Origin: Vezdaea acicularis
Taxonomy: Eukaryota
Reading direction: 5' to 3'
Assembly: GCA_026025075.1 (NCBI GenBank)
Contig: JAPEUI010000067.1
Coordinates: forward strand, 62,001 to 98,431
Length of the DNA stretch: 36,431 nt
The notes below the pieces were generated by a model. That model made no database searches. It had not been told where the DNA came from and saw nothing but the letters and a program-made list of their open reading frames with translations. Positions 1 through 12,700 of this stretch are shown here, one piece after another. The position numbers and the translations under genes were made by a program. How positions within the stretch are numbered: the stretch's first letter is position 1; each line of letters starts with the position of its first letter.

Positions 1-17
1 TTAACCATAGATTATAG

Positions 18-1614
18 GCTGGCCAAAGGAGACATCTAGATTCTTTTCCAGGCCATCTGATGCCTACTGGTGTAGAAAGGAAGGCCACGCGAGTCTCACT
101 TTGCCGTTTTGCAGTGCCAGCTGTACTAGTATGTTTTAGACGTCGAACAGAGAAAGTTTGGTGCTGACAGATTTCTCAAAGCAAACTCTCTAGTCGCTAT
201 TGGCGATGAAGACGGCGGGGTGCGCCTTATTGAAGCCGCAGACAATGGGAAGCCCCCTTTCCAAACCCCATACCTACACTTTCAGCCACATCAAAATGCA
301 ATACTTGATCTCGCCTTTTCAATTGACGATGCTCGCCTTGCTACAGCATCAGGAGATCAAAGCGCACGTATTGTGGACATGCGCACACAGCAAGTGGTAC
401 ACAATCTGACTGGACATCTCGCGTCTGTGAAAAAGGTCCAATTTCAACCCGGTGACTCCAGGGGAAATGTCATTGCAACATCAAGTCGAGATGGTAGTGT
501 CAAGATCTGGGATCTTAGATGCAACGGTGTTCAGAGACCCGCCCAGGAGCTGTTCTTTTCTCTCAGCTCCGACGCAGGAGTAAGAGAGGCCAGAAATACG
601 ACAGACAAGGCGGCATGGCTGCAGCCTGTCAACGCCATTGTTGATGCACACGCAGATCGACGAACCACTAGTATCAATACCAGTCATCAAAAACAATCGG
701 CGACGCCGGACAATCCTTCGCGTACAGAGCAGATGGGTCGACGAGGAGGGGTCTCCGTAACCACGTTGACATTTCTCCAACCTGGTCGGGAACACCTTTT
801 ACTGACGGCTTCAGAGGCCAATGCTTGTATCAAAGTATGGGATTTAAGGGCGGCCCACTCAAGCCGTCGAAATGGTGCAGTAGTGCTGTCTACAACGAAA
901 CAACCGGAGAGTCATGACAAACATCGACTGTTTGGAGTCAACTCTTTATGCTTGAATGGAGATGGTAGCCGTGTTTATAGCCTTTGTCGAGACTCCACGA
1001 TTTACGCTTATTCAACTAACCATCTCATTCTTGGACATGCACCTGAGCTCGACCCAGGAACATCGCGAGCTCGTCGCTCCGCTCAGGCATCACAAGAAGG
1101 ACTTGGTCCACTGTATGGATTCCGGCACCCACAGTTTCGCGCGACGACTTTTTACGTCAAAATGAGTTTACGCCGAGCTGTGGCCGATCGGTCAGAAATG
1201 CTCGCCGTCGGTAGCGGCGACGGTTGTGCAATCATCTTTCCCACTGATGAAAGGTGTATTGAACAGACACGGACGTCGAGAGGGCCTGGTCGGGCCCAAG
1301 AGTCTCAAACCTCAGAGCCTCCTGCCACGCCTCGACCTGCACTCCGACGCATTAGCAGTGGGTTTGGGAGACTTAATGACACAATTCCCATCTACGAACA
1401 GGGAACCGCGCTTATTAAAGGCCACCAGAGGGAGGTCTCAGATATATCATGGACGCACAATGGTGATTTGATTACTATTGGAGATGATTCTTTAGTCAGA
1501 CGTTGGAGAGAAGGCTCTGATGCGAAAGAAATCAGAAAGGGCGGAGAATTGGAGGGAAAGCGTTGGCAATGTGGCTGGGCCGATGCTTGTGACAGTGAGG
1601 GAGAATCAGATTAG
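18..1614 (+). CDS. cdt2: WD40-repeat CRL4 substrate adaptor Cdt2 (denticleless homolog), 5'-partial; exons 18-128 and 182-1614, upstream exon(s) outside the window
   Basis: An intron at 129-181 (GTATGT...GCTGAC...AAG) joins WPKETSRFFSRP...PFCSASCT to TNSLVAIGDEDGGVRLI in frame. The ORF has WD repeats (HQNAILDLAFS, LATASGDQS, GHLASVKKVQF, TSSRDGSVKIWDLR, GHQREVSDISW) and TFYVK / GPLYGFRHP motifs typical of fungal Cdt2. An acceptor TAG at 15-17 marks an upstream intron. Confidence 0.85.
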
Positions 1615-2507
1615 AGAGTCAGGTCTTATTTCCGTGGCACTCCTTGTTGTTTGGATGGAGGACTGCTCCAGAGCGATCACTACGTATGAAGTCAACAGCG
1701 TCAAAGTGTGGTAGAACAAAGATGCTAATCATGTCTGCACGTCTGGGTTGCTCACCTGTGCGTGAATATTTCGAGATTTGAACTAGTCCTTCGATGTCCA
1801 ACCTGCTCGACTTCGAGAGAGACTTGAGGTATAACGCCAACCAGCATTTCATACAGCCTTCGGTTTTTCGACCTTGCAACACGTCATTATCAAGTATGCT
1901 ACTCTAGTATTGAATACATCACTCACAAGAACCCAAGCAAACTCGACGATAAAGTCTTTAGTGCATGTTGACAGAATTTTGTGGTATATTATTGTTGGAA
2001 GAGCCTTCCCAGCCATCAAGGCTCATATGAATAGTCTTCATCAAACTAAACCTCGTTTACCATGTATTCATACTACTCTACTATCTATCCTTACCATTCC
2101 TAAAAGGAGAAATTAATTTGAGACCCTTTTCAAGCTTCAGCACGTCTAACAATATGGTTCGCACTGAATCGAACGATGATGAGACCATCTAATCATGCCT
2201 GGCGCGAGATGCTATCAATTAGAAGGTAGCGACCGATATATCTTCTTCCAGGATCTGAGTGGAATCTCTTACATTCATGGGCACTTCATTAGTGTGGCCT
2301 CCAGGATCCTTCAAGACCTCATATTACAAAAAGGCCATCGCCAACTTAAATCTATGGAATGTTGCAGCTGACGGTATTTCTCGGGCGTGATCTTATTGTG
2401 GCGAGTTATAAGCTCCATTCTAATTGACGTCCAGCGGACCGGGTCTTAGAACCTATGAGCACTCATTCATCTCCTCGTGGCAGCTTGTTCGTACTTAGTA
2501 CGATTGG

Positions 2508-3575
2508 TCAGCGTGGGACCCAACCCCCAAGAAACACTTTTCTCATTGGTTGTGCAGATGAAGGCTGTGAAGCAACTCCCGGCGGAAAGGCGTATTGAAG
2601 CTCGATTGGCTCCGTCTCTGTGTTGACCTTGATTGATCCTAGTAATCCTGTCCAGAGTTTATCATACCGAGCCTGCATTCCGGCTAGGATTCTGCATACT
2701 TCAGGACTTTCCGGTCTATCTTCTGGATTCATCTTTAAGTTGCAACACACAAGATCAACAAGGTCGCCAGACCACCGGGCGCCCTCCATCAAAGATTGTC
2801 TGTTCCTGTTTTCGAACGTCAGGGACGTAGGGCCAACACAACCACCCAGTACGCTTGCAGGATTTCTACTGACCATCAGAGAGAACATCGTTGCTCCTAA
2901 ACCAAACATGTCGTCAGCCGCGGTACCATGACACTTCACTGGAGGGACATATCCTTGTGTTCCAACCTTAGTGAATGGATCGAAGCTCGGATCTTGTGGG
3001 TGTTCCGAACAGCCAAAATCACCAACTTTGATGCCAGGATAGCCTTTGGGACTATCGGGAAGTGTCAGGAAAATATTTCGAGGCATGATATCAAGGTGGG
3101 CAATTTGCCTCCATGCGTCCGGATGATCAGCAGGCCCCCAATGCAGAAACGAGAGAGCTTTGCTTACTCCATAGAAGCAATGAAAGAGTAAAGGCTCTGG
3201 AAGGTATTGCTCATTTTTCCAGTATTGGGTTTGAAGTTCCTGTATGTCTCCAAGAGCGCAGTGTTCCATGTATAGCTGGTCAAGATGTTGGGCGGAGACA
3301 GCCTCGATGAACCCAACGATGTTTGGATGTTTGAAAGGACCTATACTACTCAGAATTGCGACATCGTTCTGGTAGAAGTGTCCCGTTCTTTTGGCTAGGA
3401 CTTTCAGAATACACAACTTACCAGTTTCTCTCTGTTTGCACAGCCATAGTGAGAAACCGTTGACTTGATCTTTGCTGCGGAGCTTCCGAAGCAGGGCATA
3501 ATTCGGGTCAGGAGAATATTTCCATTGGGCGAGCCTGGCACCAGCACCAGCACCAGCAGCACTTTCTTGATCCAT
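2508..3575 (-). CDS. Atypical Ser/Thr protein kinase-like protein (NEK/NimA-like fold), intronless, 355 aa
   Basis: Kinase subdomains are visible: CILK (beta3 Lys), HPNIV, LYMEHCALGD, HLDIMPRNIFL, YPGIKVGDFG, VGTQGYVPP, DMFGLG, NPEDRP. The ATG at 3575 has a good context (CAAAATGG). The longer track ORF upstream is low-quality sequence with a non-ATG start. Confidence 0.85.
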   Translation of the reverse strand: MDQESAAGAGAGARLAQWKYSPDPNYALLRKLRSKDQVNGFSLWLCKQRETGKLCILKVLAKRTGHFYQNDVAILSSIGPFKHPNIVGFIEAVSAQHLDQLYMEHCALGDIQELQTQYWKNEQYLPEPLLFHCFYGVSKALSFLHWGPADHPDAWRQIAHLDIMPRNIFLTLPDSPKGYPGIKVGDFGCSEHPQDPSFDPFTKVGTQGYVPPVKCHGTAADDMFGLGATMFSLMVSRNPASVLGGCVGPTSLTFENRNRQSLMEGARWSGDLVDLVCCNLKMNPEDRPESPEVCRILAGMQARYDKLWTGLLGSIKVNTETEPIELQYAFPPGVASQPSSAQPMRKVFLGGWVPR

Positions 3576-4399
3576 TTTGGATATCTCAAACCGCTTAATT
3601 GACTCCTGCAAAATATATGCGTATTGTAATCGAAATAAGTTGAAATCCGATGAGTGATAAAGATAGAGAGCGTCTTGCTTTTGAGGCTCGAAAACTTTTT
3701 GCGTAGGAAAGTTTTTGTTGGATTTCTTTCCCATCTGAGAGGAGCATACTCTTATACACGAGAGCTTGATGGAGTCAAAACATGTACAGTACTTGTTCAT
3801 GTTTGCTGCTAGGACACAAAAGAAGGTTGAAGTGTGCAAATCTGCGCAACTTAGACAACATGAATGAGAGATGCAAGAACAATGAACCAGGAACACAGAA
3901 CAAAGCGATGATGAATGTTAGAGAAAGAAATCGCAGAATTCCCGTAAGCCTGACTGCCGACTTCACCATATAGCACGACATTAAAGCTGCTGGCAAACAT
4001 GCCCCATTGTTTTGCAATGTTCATGTAGTATTCAAGCCTATGCAATGACACATAAGTTCGTTGAATCGACAAAGAGCGATGGGGCATTCGCAGGCATTTC
4101 GAAGAACAATCCGGAACAAAGATTTGCTGAGGGCAGCTGGGAGAACACCATAGTTCTGACGTGTGGTGACGCAACTGGGTTTTGCGTAGGATGCTTTCCC
4201 ATGTGTCACAGGGCGTGTACGAGCATGATGTATACTAAAAGGTCGGAGGACGGACAGTCAACAGGTTATGTCCATTTCTTCCGCTTAAATATCCTTGTGC
4301 TTGTTGGATTACAAAGCTCCTAATCTCCGAAAAAAAAAACTTCGCAAATCAGAGTTTATATTAAATCCCGTACTTATTCATGTTGACGAATTAACCGCA

Positions 4400-6240
4400 A
4401 TGGCTGATTCCGAAGGCCTACAAAATTTCCCGAGGGGTTCGACGGCAGGCGAACAAAGCCATGCCCGTGTAAACACGAAGTGGTCGTTTCCAATTTGGAT
4501 GCCCTTATCAAGGGCCCACAAGAGAGAGCAGGAGGACCATGCACTTAGTGGACGGCTACAGCATGAGGAGATAGAACTAGCCCAATCAACTGGCCACGAG
4601 CTTACCTCTAGACGAAGCAATGCAGCTCTCGCAGAAAGACGTTGGGAGGATGTCGAAACTGCGGACGGCGCTGTCCAGCAGGAGGACTATCCAAGAGTAG
4701 ATGGAGGAACGCAAGCATGGCTATTTTTGGCGGGCTGCTTTTGTGTTGAAGCGTTGGTGTGGGGTAAGTAGTTGATCTTTCTTTGAATTTCGGGCAAGCC
4801 CCCAAATATGGCGGCTACAATTCAACGAGCATAAGGAACTACAAGGATAAGGCATGATTGAAGGCCTTGTCCAATCCTCTCAATGAAACACTCGAGTTTG
4901 GGTCTGGTATCTCCAGAGTAGACTAACAGAACCAAAAAGGCTTCCCTTTCTCCTTTGGTGTTTTCCAGGATTACTACAGCACGCATGAGCCATTCTCTAA
5001 AGATCCGTCGAGGATCGCCATAATTGGCACGTCTGCCTCCGTAAGCCTCTTTTGTGACTTGTACCTTCCAATCTCTAAATTCGGTCAGGGCATAATGTAC
5101 CTCAGTGGACCTTTTATATTTGCCGCAATGCAACGCTGGCCAAGTCTTCGTCGCAACTCCTCAAGCGTGGGGCTCGCCATTATATCTTTCGCACTCGTGC
5201 TATCCTCATTCTCGCAAACGGTAACGCATCTGATCCTTACCCAAGGTGTGCTCTACGCTATTGGTGGCTCTTTCCTCTATGCTCCAGCCATCTTCTTCCT
5301 CGACGAATGGTTCGTCGTTCGTAAAGGCTTTGCTTATGGTGAGCTTTCTAATTACGCTTCAGTGGAAGCTACTTACTGTGCTATTTAGGGGTCATGTGGG
5401 CTGGCACAGGCACGAGTGGGCTTCTTGTCCCATTGATCATGAATTGGGGCCTCGGAAAGTACGGCTTCAGAACCATGTTACGTTGCTGGGCAGTGACCAT
5501 GGTTATTCTGTCCGCTCCCCTGATCTATTTTATCAAACCTCGCCTGCCACCATCTGGTAGGGCCAATATTAAGATGCGCTTCCTAAAGACCCCAGCATTT
5601 TGGTTTCTTCAGATAGGGAACATTATACAGGGCCTCGGCTTCTTTATCCCAACAATATACCTACCAAGTAGTTCTACCCAGTCATTTATAAGGCTTGAAT
5701 TTTGACTTCTGACGCAACCTCTCAGCTTACGCCCGTTCCCTCAACCTATCACACACGCAGAGCACCCTCACTATCTCCCTACTCAACATCACCTCCGTGC
5801 TGGGCTCCATCACCATGGGCGCCCTCTCAGACAAGATCCACGTAACCTCCGTAATCCTCATATCGAGCATCGGTGCCTCTCTCGCTGTGTTCCTTTTCTG
5901 GGGTTTTGCACTATCACTCCCACTACTCTGCGTCTTCTCGCTCCTCTACGGCTTCTTTGCCGGCGGATTTTCAAGCACTTACACAATGACGATGGTGGAA
6001 ATCAAGCGCGCGGCACCGGGGACAGAGACGGGTATTCTGTTTGGGCTGCTAGCGGCCGGAAGGGGCATTGGAAATGTCATTTGTGGGCCTTTGAGCGAGG
6101 CGATGTTGGCGAGTAGGCCTTGGATTGGTGAGGCTAAGGGGGCATACGGCACTGGCTATGGTGCGCTCATTGTGTTTACAGGAATCACGGCTGCAGTGAC
6201 CTCGGTAAGTTATGTGGCAAAGAAGATGAAAATGCTGTGA
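4400..6240 (+). CDS. MFS transporter, monocarboxylate porter (Mch-like) family; exons 4400-4763, 4940-5040, 5089-5338, 5389-5667, 5726-6240
   Basis: Four GT-AG introns keep the frame. Family motifs: PRVDGGTQAWLFLAGCFCVEALVWG-FPFSFGVFQDYY, LILTQGVLYAIGGS, DEWFVVRKGFAYGVMWAGTG, QGLGFFIPTIYLPTYA, GALSDK, GRGIGNVICGPLSE. Multiple hydrophobic TM segments. Substrate cannot be determined from sequence. Confidence 0.9.
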
Positions 6241-6767
6241 CTTTATGGCATGAAGTGCTGTCGCTTTGTCCAGAGCGGTCGAAATCTCTTGGGTGTAGAA
6301 TGAGTCTAGGGAACGCACTATTTCATATCAGCAAAAGTACACTCAGCATCTATAGATTTTGGCAGGTTTCAGGATCTCGGCATTGCTTAAGAAATTACTA
6401 TGACATTTGAGCAGTTGTTTTGTTAGAAGGGCACAGTACTTCGTTCGCGTATTCATTGGAGAAAGCAGGAAGCTCTTTCATGCTCCTCTTAGTACTCTAC
6501 AAAACTAAATCAGACACTGATGGTCCTATCTGAACGGGTCCAGATACATCCAGATGCGTCAACTAGCTGTTGAGGCAATAGACCACCCGAGATTTCCCCC
6601 CATTTATGCCCAATCCTCTTGAGACACCCAGGAGACAAATGCAATTTGCCACAGAGCCCACCTCCCCCATATACAAAACATCCCAGAAAGAACCATGATG
6701 CAGCGAGTCAATGCGATATACAATGAAGAGAAACCTGTGAAAGATAGACGTTGGTGATTTTTCGGGC

Positions 6768-9700
6768 CTATTGGTTCGCGGACCCGAGGAATCTCTTCCC
6801 GAGCAGCAATTTGCGTTTTCGACGATGGCTTCGGACGGTTAGCTAGTTTCCAGGTGAAAGGGGAATGAGTACTCTTACCTCTCCTCAGAGTCCTCTCCAT
6901 CCTTGTGACGACCGAAGTCCTTGAAGTGTCGACTCATAGTCGTATGGAGAAAGCTGTGATTATCATCGCTGTCTTCTGCGGGATCTAGCGACTGCTGGAG
7001 TGCAGGGCTTGTCGAGGGCGCTTTTGAACCTATTGACCGGACACTTTCTGCAAAGCTGTCAGTACGACTAAGACCTTCATGCCGCGCTAATGCAAATGAT
7101 GTTCGAGTCGGAGATGTAGAGCGGGGATCCTCGGAAGGGCTTGTGTCCCTCATGCTGCTTGTCTCACTACTCTCTTGCCCTTCGTTCAATATTGCTGAGC
7201 TGTTCGCTATCTCCCTTAGTCGAGTTTGTTGAGCCTTGTTCGGTCGGTGGTGAGAAAATCTGTTGCTGATGATAGACCCAGTGTGAGAAATGAGGGCCTT
7301 GATTACGTCTTTCTTCAGCTGCATTGCAAGATCGAGATTCGACCACGTTTTGTTGCGATACTGAAGGACAGGCATGCGGAAGACAAACTCGTGTACATCC
7401 TGGAAGTTTCGGTCGCCCTTTCCCTTGTAGCTGAGACAAAGGACAACACTCGGAATTTTGACATAGGCCAGCGTCATGTAGTTCGAGGCCCGGGAAATCA
7501 TTTGGGTCAGATCGTCGGAGCTTTTCTGGGTTTTGCTATCGCCATTAGTCTTCGAGTCGCTCTTATTGGTGAGCGCAAGTCTCTTAGCACCCGAAGTCAC
7601 GTTCAGTGAGGACAAGTTTACTCCTGACCTATCCCTTGGGGTCTTCCCAGTCATCCTAAGACTTTCTTCAGAAGGCTTTTTGCTCGGGGTTCTAATGAAT
7701 GGGGCACGAGAGTCTCCGCGTGCATTTCCGGGTCGCTGAAAGATTCTTAGATGATGGCTGTCTGCAAAACTTGAGAGCGAGCTGCTCGGTTTATGCTTGA
7801 CGACAGGTTGAGCCCCTGTCCTTGAATCTGGAAGCGCCATCGTGGGTTTCAGGCGCCGACTGAGTGAAGAAAGCCTCATTGAGGATTCACTAATATCAAT
7901 AGTGCCAGAAGACTTCTCCCACGATGTACCTCTCGACTCGTCAAGAGTGTCTTCCTCGTCGTCTTGAGTCGCTGGCGCGGACTTCACCATAAGTGGAGAT
8001 GGATCTCCGCCTTCAACCCCGTTACTTTGACTTCCTCGGAAAATATATTTGAAAAGCTCATCGCTGATTTCACTTTCCAGCTGAATCTTCAGGGGAAACA
8101 GTGTCACCTCAAAGTCTTGCATAACAGGGATACCCGCAACGGCTTCTAGCCTATGCCACTTGATCCTTAACATGTAAGCGTCTCGATCGTCGGCAAAAGG
8201 TCTTTGATGTTCGTAAAAGGGCGCGATCATCTCAGGATAGGTTGCATTCGGAAGAAGGTTTAGCCCATTGATCTTCTCAATCTTTAACTCGTTACGGTCG
8301 GAGCCATCACTATTGTCAGTACGGTCGTACAGGGCATTTTGAAGTTGAAACTCCATAAGCGGTTTGTTATGCTCTAGAGTCAAATGCCATATTATCCTTG
8401 AGGCTGAGAGGTACCACCGCAAGACACCGTTAGAATCTGATCGATCATCATACTTCTTCTGAGCAGTAGTGATTGCTTTCATCATGAAAAACAACTCATC
8501 TTCGCAATGAGCTAGGTCCTGCTCTATATGTAAACGATCTTCCCAGCCTTGGCGATCTAGGTATTTCGCGTTGACTTGGAAGTGCGTCTTGATCTCATTT
8601 ATTTGCCGAATGCGCTCCTGAAGTCGGATGACCATTTCCGGCGCACCCCGTAGATCGCTGAAGTCAGATGCCAACATGATCTTCTCTAAACGTTCATTTC
8701 GCACTTTCTCCAAAGGCTCACTATAGAGCAAGAGATCCAATACAATGATGTACATACCATAGTATTGGACTGAGTCGCAGACTGCCTTTATCTCGGGGAA
8801 CTCAACAGAAAGATGATCGACGCGACTTTCGAGATTTTCTGGAGTCTGCGTTTGACTAGGGCCTCCAGTTGTCAATTCATCATTGTACTTCAACCGTAGT
8901 GTGTTGTATTTGCTGTATTTAAGGCTTGCTGAAGTCCTTTGGACAACACGGGAGAATCCAAATGGTTTAATCTTGAAATCGAACATAACTTCCAAGGGAA
9001 CCCAAGGGGGCCAAAAAGACCCTCCTGGCGCACCATAACGATTCCCAGCGTACATATGGATCATTCGCGTTGGAAATTCTTTTTGGTTGGTCACGAAAAA
9101 CTGGGCCCCTTCCATGTGAACTGAGAAGCGGCGCTGCACTAGGCCACTAACATCATCGGCAAGGCGGTTCTTATCCATTACCTGAATAACTTTCAGCTGG
9201 ATGCCTTTCGACGTTAGCAGGACAGCCGTCTTCAGGTTCTTCTCGCTTTGTAATTGAATCTGTGGCGCAACAAGTCGAACGTGATAACTATTTTGGGCCA
9301 TAAAATCATTGCTGATGTTATCTCCCAAGTCGTTCCTTGTTTTACGATCGGTTTCTGAAGACTCGGGATCATCGGCATGAACAAATTTCTTGCTATCATC
9401 AAGGAGTTGCTTAATGTAATCATCTAAGGTTGACTCTTGGTCGGTTTTAGTATTTGACGGGGTTGCAGATTGAGCTGATGGTGCTGAATTAGGGGTTGAG
9501 CCATGATGGTTGTGATGGCCCTTGGACTTGCTTTGTTCATCAACGATGTCAAGGATAAATTTGACGGCCCGACGAGATAGATAGTAGACAAATCCCCTTC
9601 TTTGGCTGACCTGGTGTATATATCGCAGGATGATATTACGAAGAGCGTTATTCCATTTCAACTGGACATTATGAACAATAAACCGATTGTTGAACTCGTT

Positions 9701-12700
9701 TGCTACATCGGCAAGGAGCGCAGAGTCGAGATCCTCAGGACTGAATGTAGCCCGAGACGTCTGGAAATCAGCTAAGCTGTCCTTTAATTTTCCGAGGTCG
9801 AAAGACTGATCAGAATACTCTGAGCTGATATATTCTGATAGTCTCTTCAGCCACGTACTCAAAAAAAGCTTCTTTTCATGTAAGACGGTCGCATGATGTT
9901 TCAGCTGTTCATACTCTTTCTTCCTAGCCTCATCGTTATAATCCTCTCTGATCATCTTTAGCTCGGCATCCCCAACAGTCCTTGTGTGGGCTTTGATCTG
10001 TTCTTCCAGCTGTTCTAGGCGCTGTCTGATGAGGTCGCATTGAGTGCGCCGAGGATCTTTGTCTTTAGACATCACACAATGGTGGGTCGGTTCATTTCCA
10101 AATGTGCTTGACCTATCAGTCTCTCCAGATAGGTTGCCGTCGTGATCCGTCTGCCTGAAATAGGTGAAGTGCGGTGCGTAAGCCAAGGGCATTATTTTCG
10201 TTTCTGGATTGGATTCTGTAGGTAAGATCCAGTCTAACTCGACGAAGTCGTCCATATCTACCCAATCGAAATCATTATCTGGTATAGTGAAACGAGACAT
10301 GTCTATGTCAATGGAAGGCTCTAGATGTGAAGCGAGGGTCTCGTCAGTGGCGCGTCTAAGGTCTTCAGAAGTAGTTCCAGCGATGCTTGCAGAGATAGCA
10401 CGGATATCAGCAGATATAAAATCGAGTTGGGCCTCGTTGATACGCATGCCACTAGTCTTTGTTTCGGTCTTACGCCCCTTGACCACAGTCGAGAACTCCT
10501 CTCGGCGTTGATGTAGGTCGAGCATGAAGCTGTCTAGCTTAATCTTAAGCCCTGTTGCTGAGACTACGTCCTCGGGGTAGTCTTCCGCATCTCTGTGTTT
10601 GTAGACATGGCTCATGAAAAGGGGGGACAACAGCAAGTTGTACTTGATTGTGGCAAGATGTCTGCCAAATTTTTTGCTCGATTTCTCAATGCCTGGCCAG
10701 AGTTTTCCTTGCCGGATCGGTAGAGACATGATCCCAGAAAAGAGAGACCACCAGCTAAAAAAGTGGGTGAAGAATCGTGGAGTTAGATGCACGGAGTTGT
10801 ACGTCGGTGATGGCTTGAGATTTGATACCGACCAATCTCGGTCTAAAGGAGCCACCACAGCAATTGAAAGATGAATGTGATGACTGCGGAAGCCATCAAA
10901 GGCATCATATGCCCTTCCGTTGACCCCTATTGCGTACTCTGGATTCTTGAATGTCACCTTGTAATGGGGCGTGAAATCGAAGGAACGTTTGCCACCTTCA
11001 ACATTTCTCTCAAAGACCAACCCAGCAAGCCATTGCACATTTCCTGATAATTTCATGACAACTTTCTTGAATAAAGCTCCACTTCTCAAGCTAGAGATGC
11101 TATCACTATCTGAGATTGACTGAGAGTCCTGCGAATGACGAGCCTGGTGTCCATAATCTGGGATGGCGAGCATATATTCGCCACTATTGACTGTCATAAA
11201 TTTTCGAGGATCGTCCTCTTTACTTATACTCCAACGGACGTCATTTCGCCAGCACATGACAAACCCAGCGCCGTGTCCAGTGACGACGTATGGATCGCGA
11301 GAACCCTTCAGCATCAGTTGAACGTCTCCATCGCCTTTCCAAGCTATGTTGACTCTCGAATGCACGCTAAGTCGAATCTTATCCCAGAATCCAACCCTGT
11401 CCGAAGGGTCAACTTGTGGTTTGGTGAAAGATTCAATTACCATCATCATATCCTGTATAGCTGGCTGATACGAAGTGCCCCATGTGAATTTACTTGGTAG
11501 GCCTGTGTTGATATCGATATTGACGTCTGAGTATGTCTTAACCGGCGATACAGTTCGCCGAATGTCAATCGCAAAACCGGACCGTTTCTTTTCTGATGTT
11601 GAATGATCAGGAGGTACAATATTAACTTTGACGTGGCGTTGACTCTGACTATCACGGTACTCCTCAGCAATCACGAAGTCTGTTTTGAGCGTCCAGCTCG
11701 ATAATCGTGGGGGTTGGTTGGGTCGGATAGAAGGAATGTGTAGTAAGGGTAAAGGGTAGTCCCTTAATGTCGTTCGAGTCTCTCCCATGTCAATCTTCAC
11801 GCTCATAGGGAGGAGAAGGGAATACTTCGTGTCATACGGCATCCCTTTCCCGACTCGATGTAAGAAAAGTGCATACTCCTGGATTGGGAACGAAGGTTTA
11901 TCTAGAACGATGTGAAGATCTTTTATCAAAGTGACCATCAAGCCGGGGTGTGGGTGAACATCGAGGATAGTCTCTGTTACATCTGCTTCGTTAGGCCGAT
12001 TATCTGCACCCCAGAACATACCACGAATGTCTTTCATCATGCCGCCAGACAGCTCAATGCCGTAGTCGATGCGCTTCTTCCAGCTTTGTGCATTGTGCTC
12101 TTGCAATTTATGCCAGGCGTCCTTAGAAGATACTTTGGCGTCACCGCTTATGCGAGGACACATTTGTGGATTATATCGCATGTTCCAGCCGCGATGCCTA
12201 TGTCGTGACTCGGATCTTTCCCTGTTCCCCTCCTCAGTGCTCCGGCTACGGCGACTTGAGCCTTCATTCTTGCTCTGCTCTCCTCTTCCGTGAGGATACA
12301 AGGAGTGGGTTCGAATACGGGAGGAACCACGGCGCTGATCAAGAGCCAGAAGTCTCTTTACCTTTGCATGGTAAGCCGCTTCTCTTGCAATTCGTTGCTT
12401 CTGCTCAGTCAACCCAACTCGGTAGATTAAACCAAGCTTCCACTCGAACAATCCATCTTCTAGCTCGACTAACAATCCCTTACTACGAAAGGATACTTTT
12501 GGCATCTTCTTAGGCCCTTCGGGCTTCTTGTCCAGCACATACTCATTCGTCCCAGTTTTAAAACGATGGTGCAGCTGCTCTACGGCTTTCGCTACATTTA
12601 CAAAATTATCGAAAACTTTGTAAAGCACAATCTGATGGGGTACTGCAAGCCTGACAGCGTCTGTGGCAATATCAAACGACTTATCCTCATGGAACTCGGA

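Noticed and set aside
3576..3896. N-terminal extension of the kinase ORF in the track (462 aa)
   Set aside because: Non-ATG start and Cys-rich, non-protein-like sequence lying in the divergent promoter. The ATG at 3575 has the best context and directly precedes the kinase domain, although the in-frame upstream ATGs cannot be fully excluded.
4854..4863. 10-mer ATGATTGAAG shared by the two longest introns (MFS intron 1 and ppo intron 8), resembling a snoRNA C box
   Set aside because: Not a true RTGATGA box, no matching D box or terminal stem seen, and a single shared 10-mer is compatible with chance.
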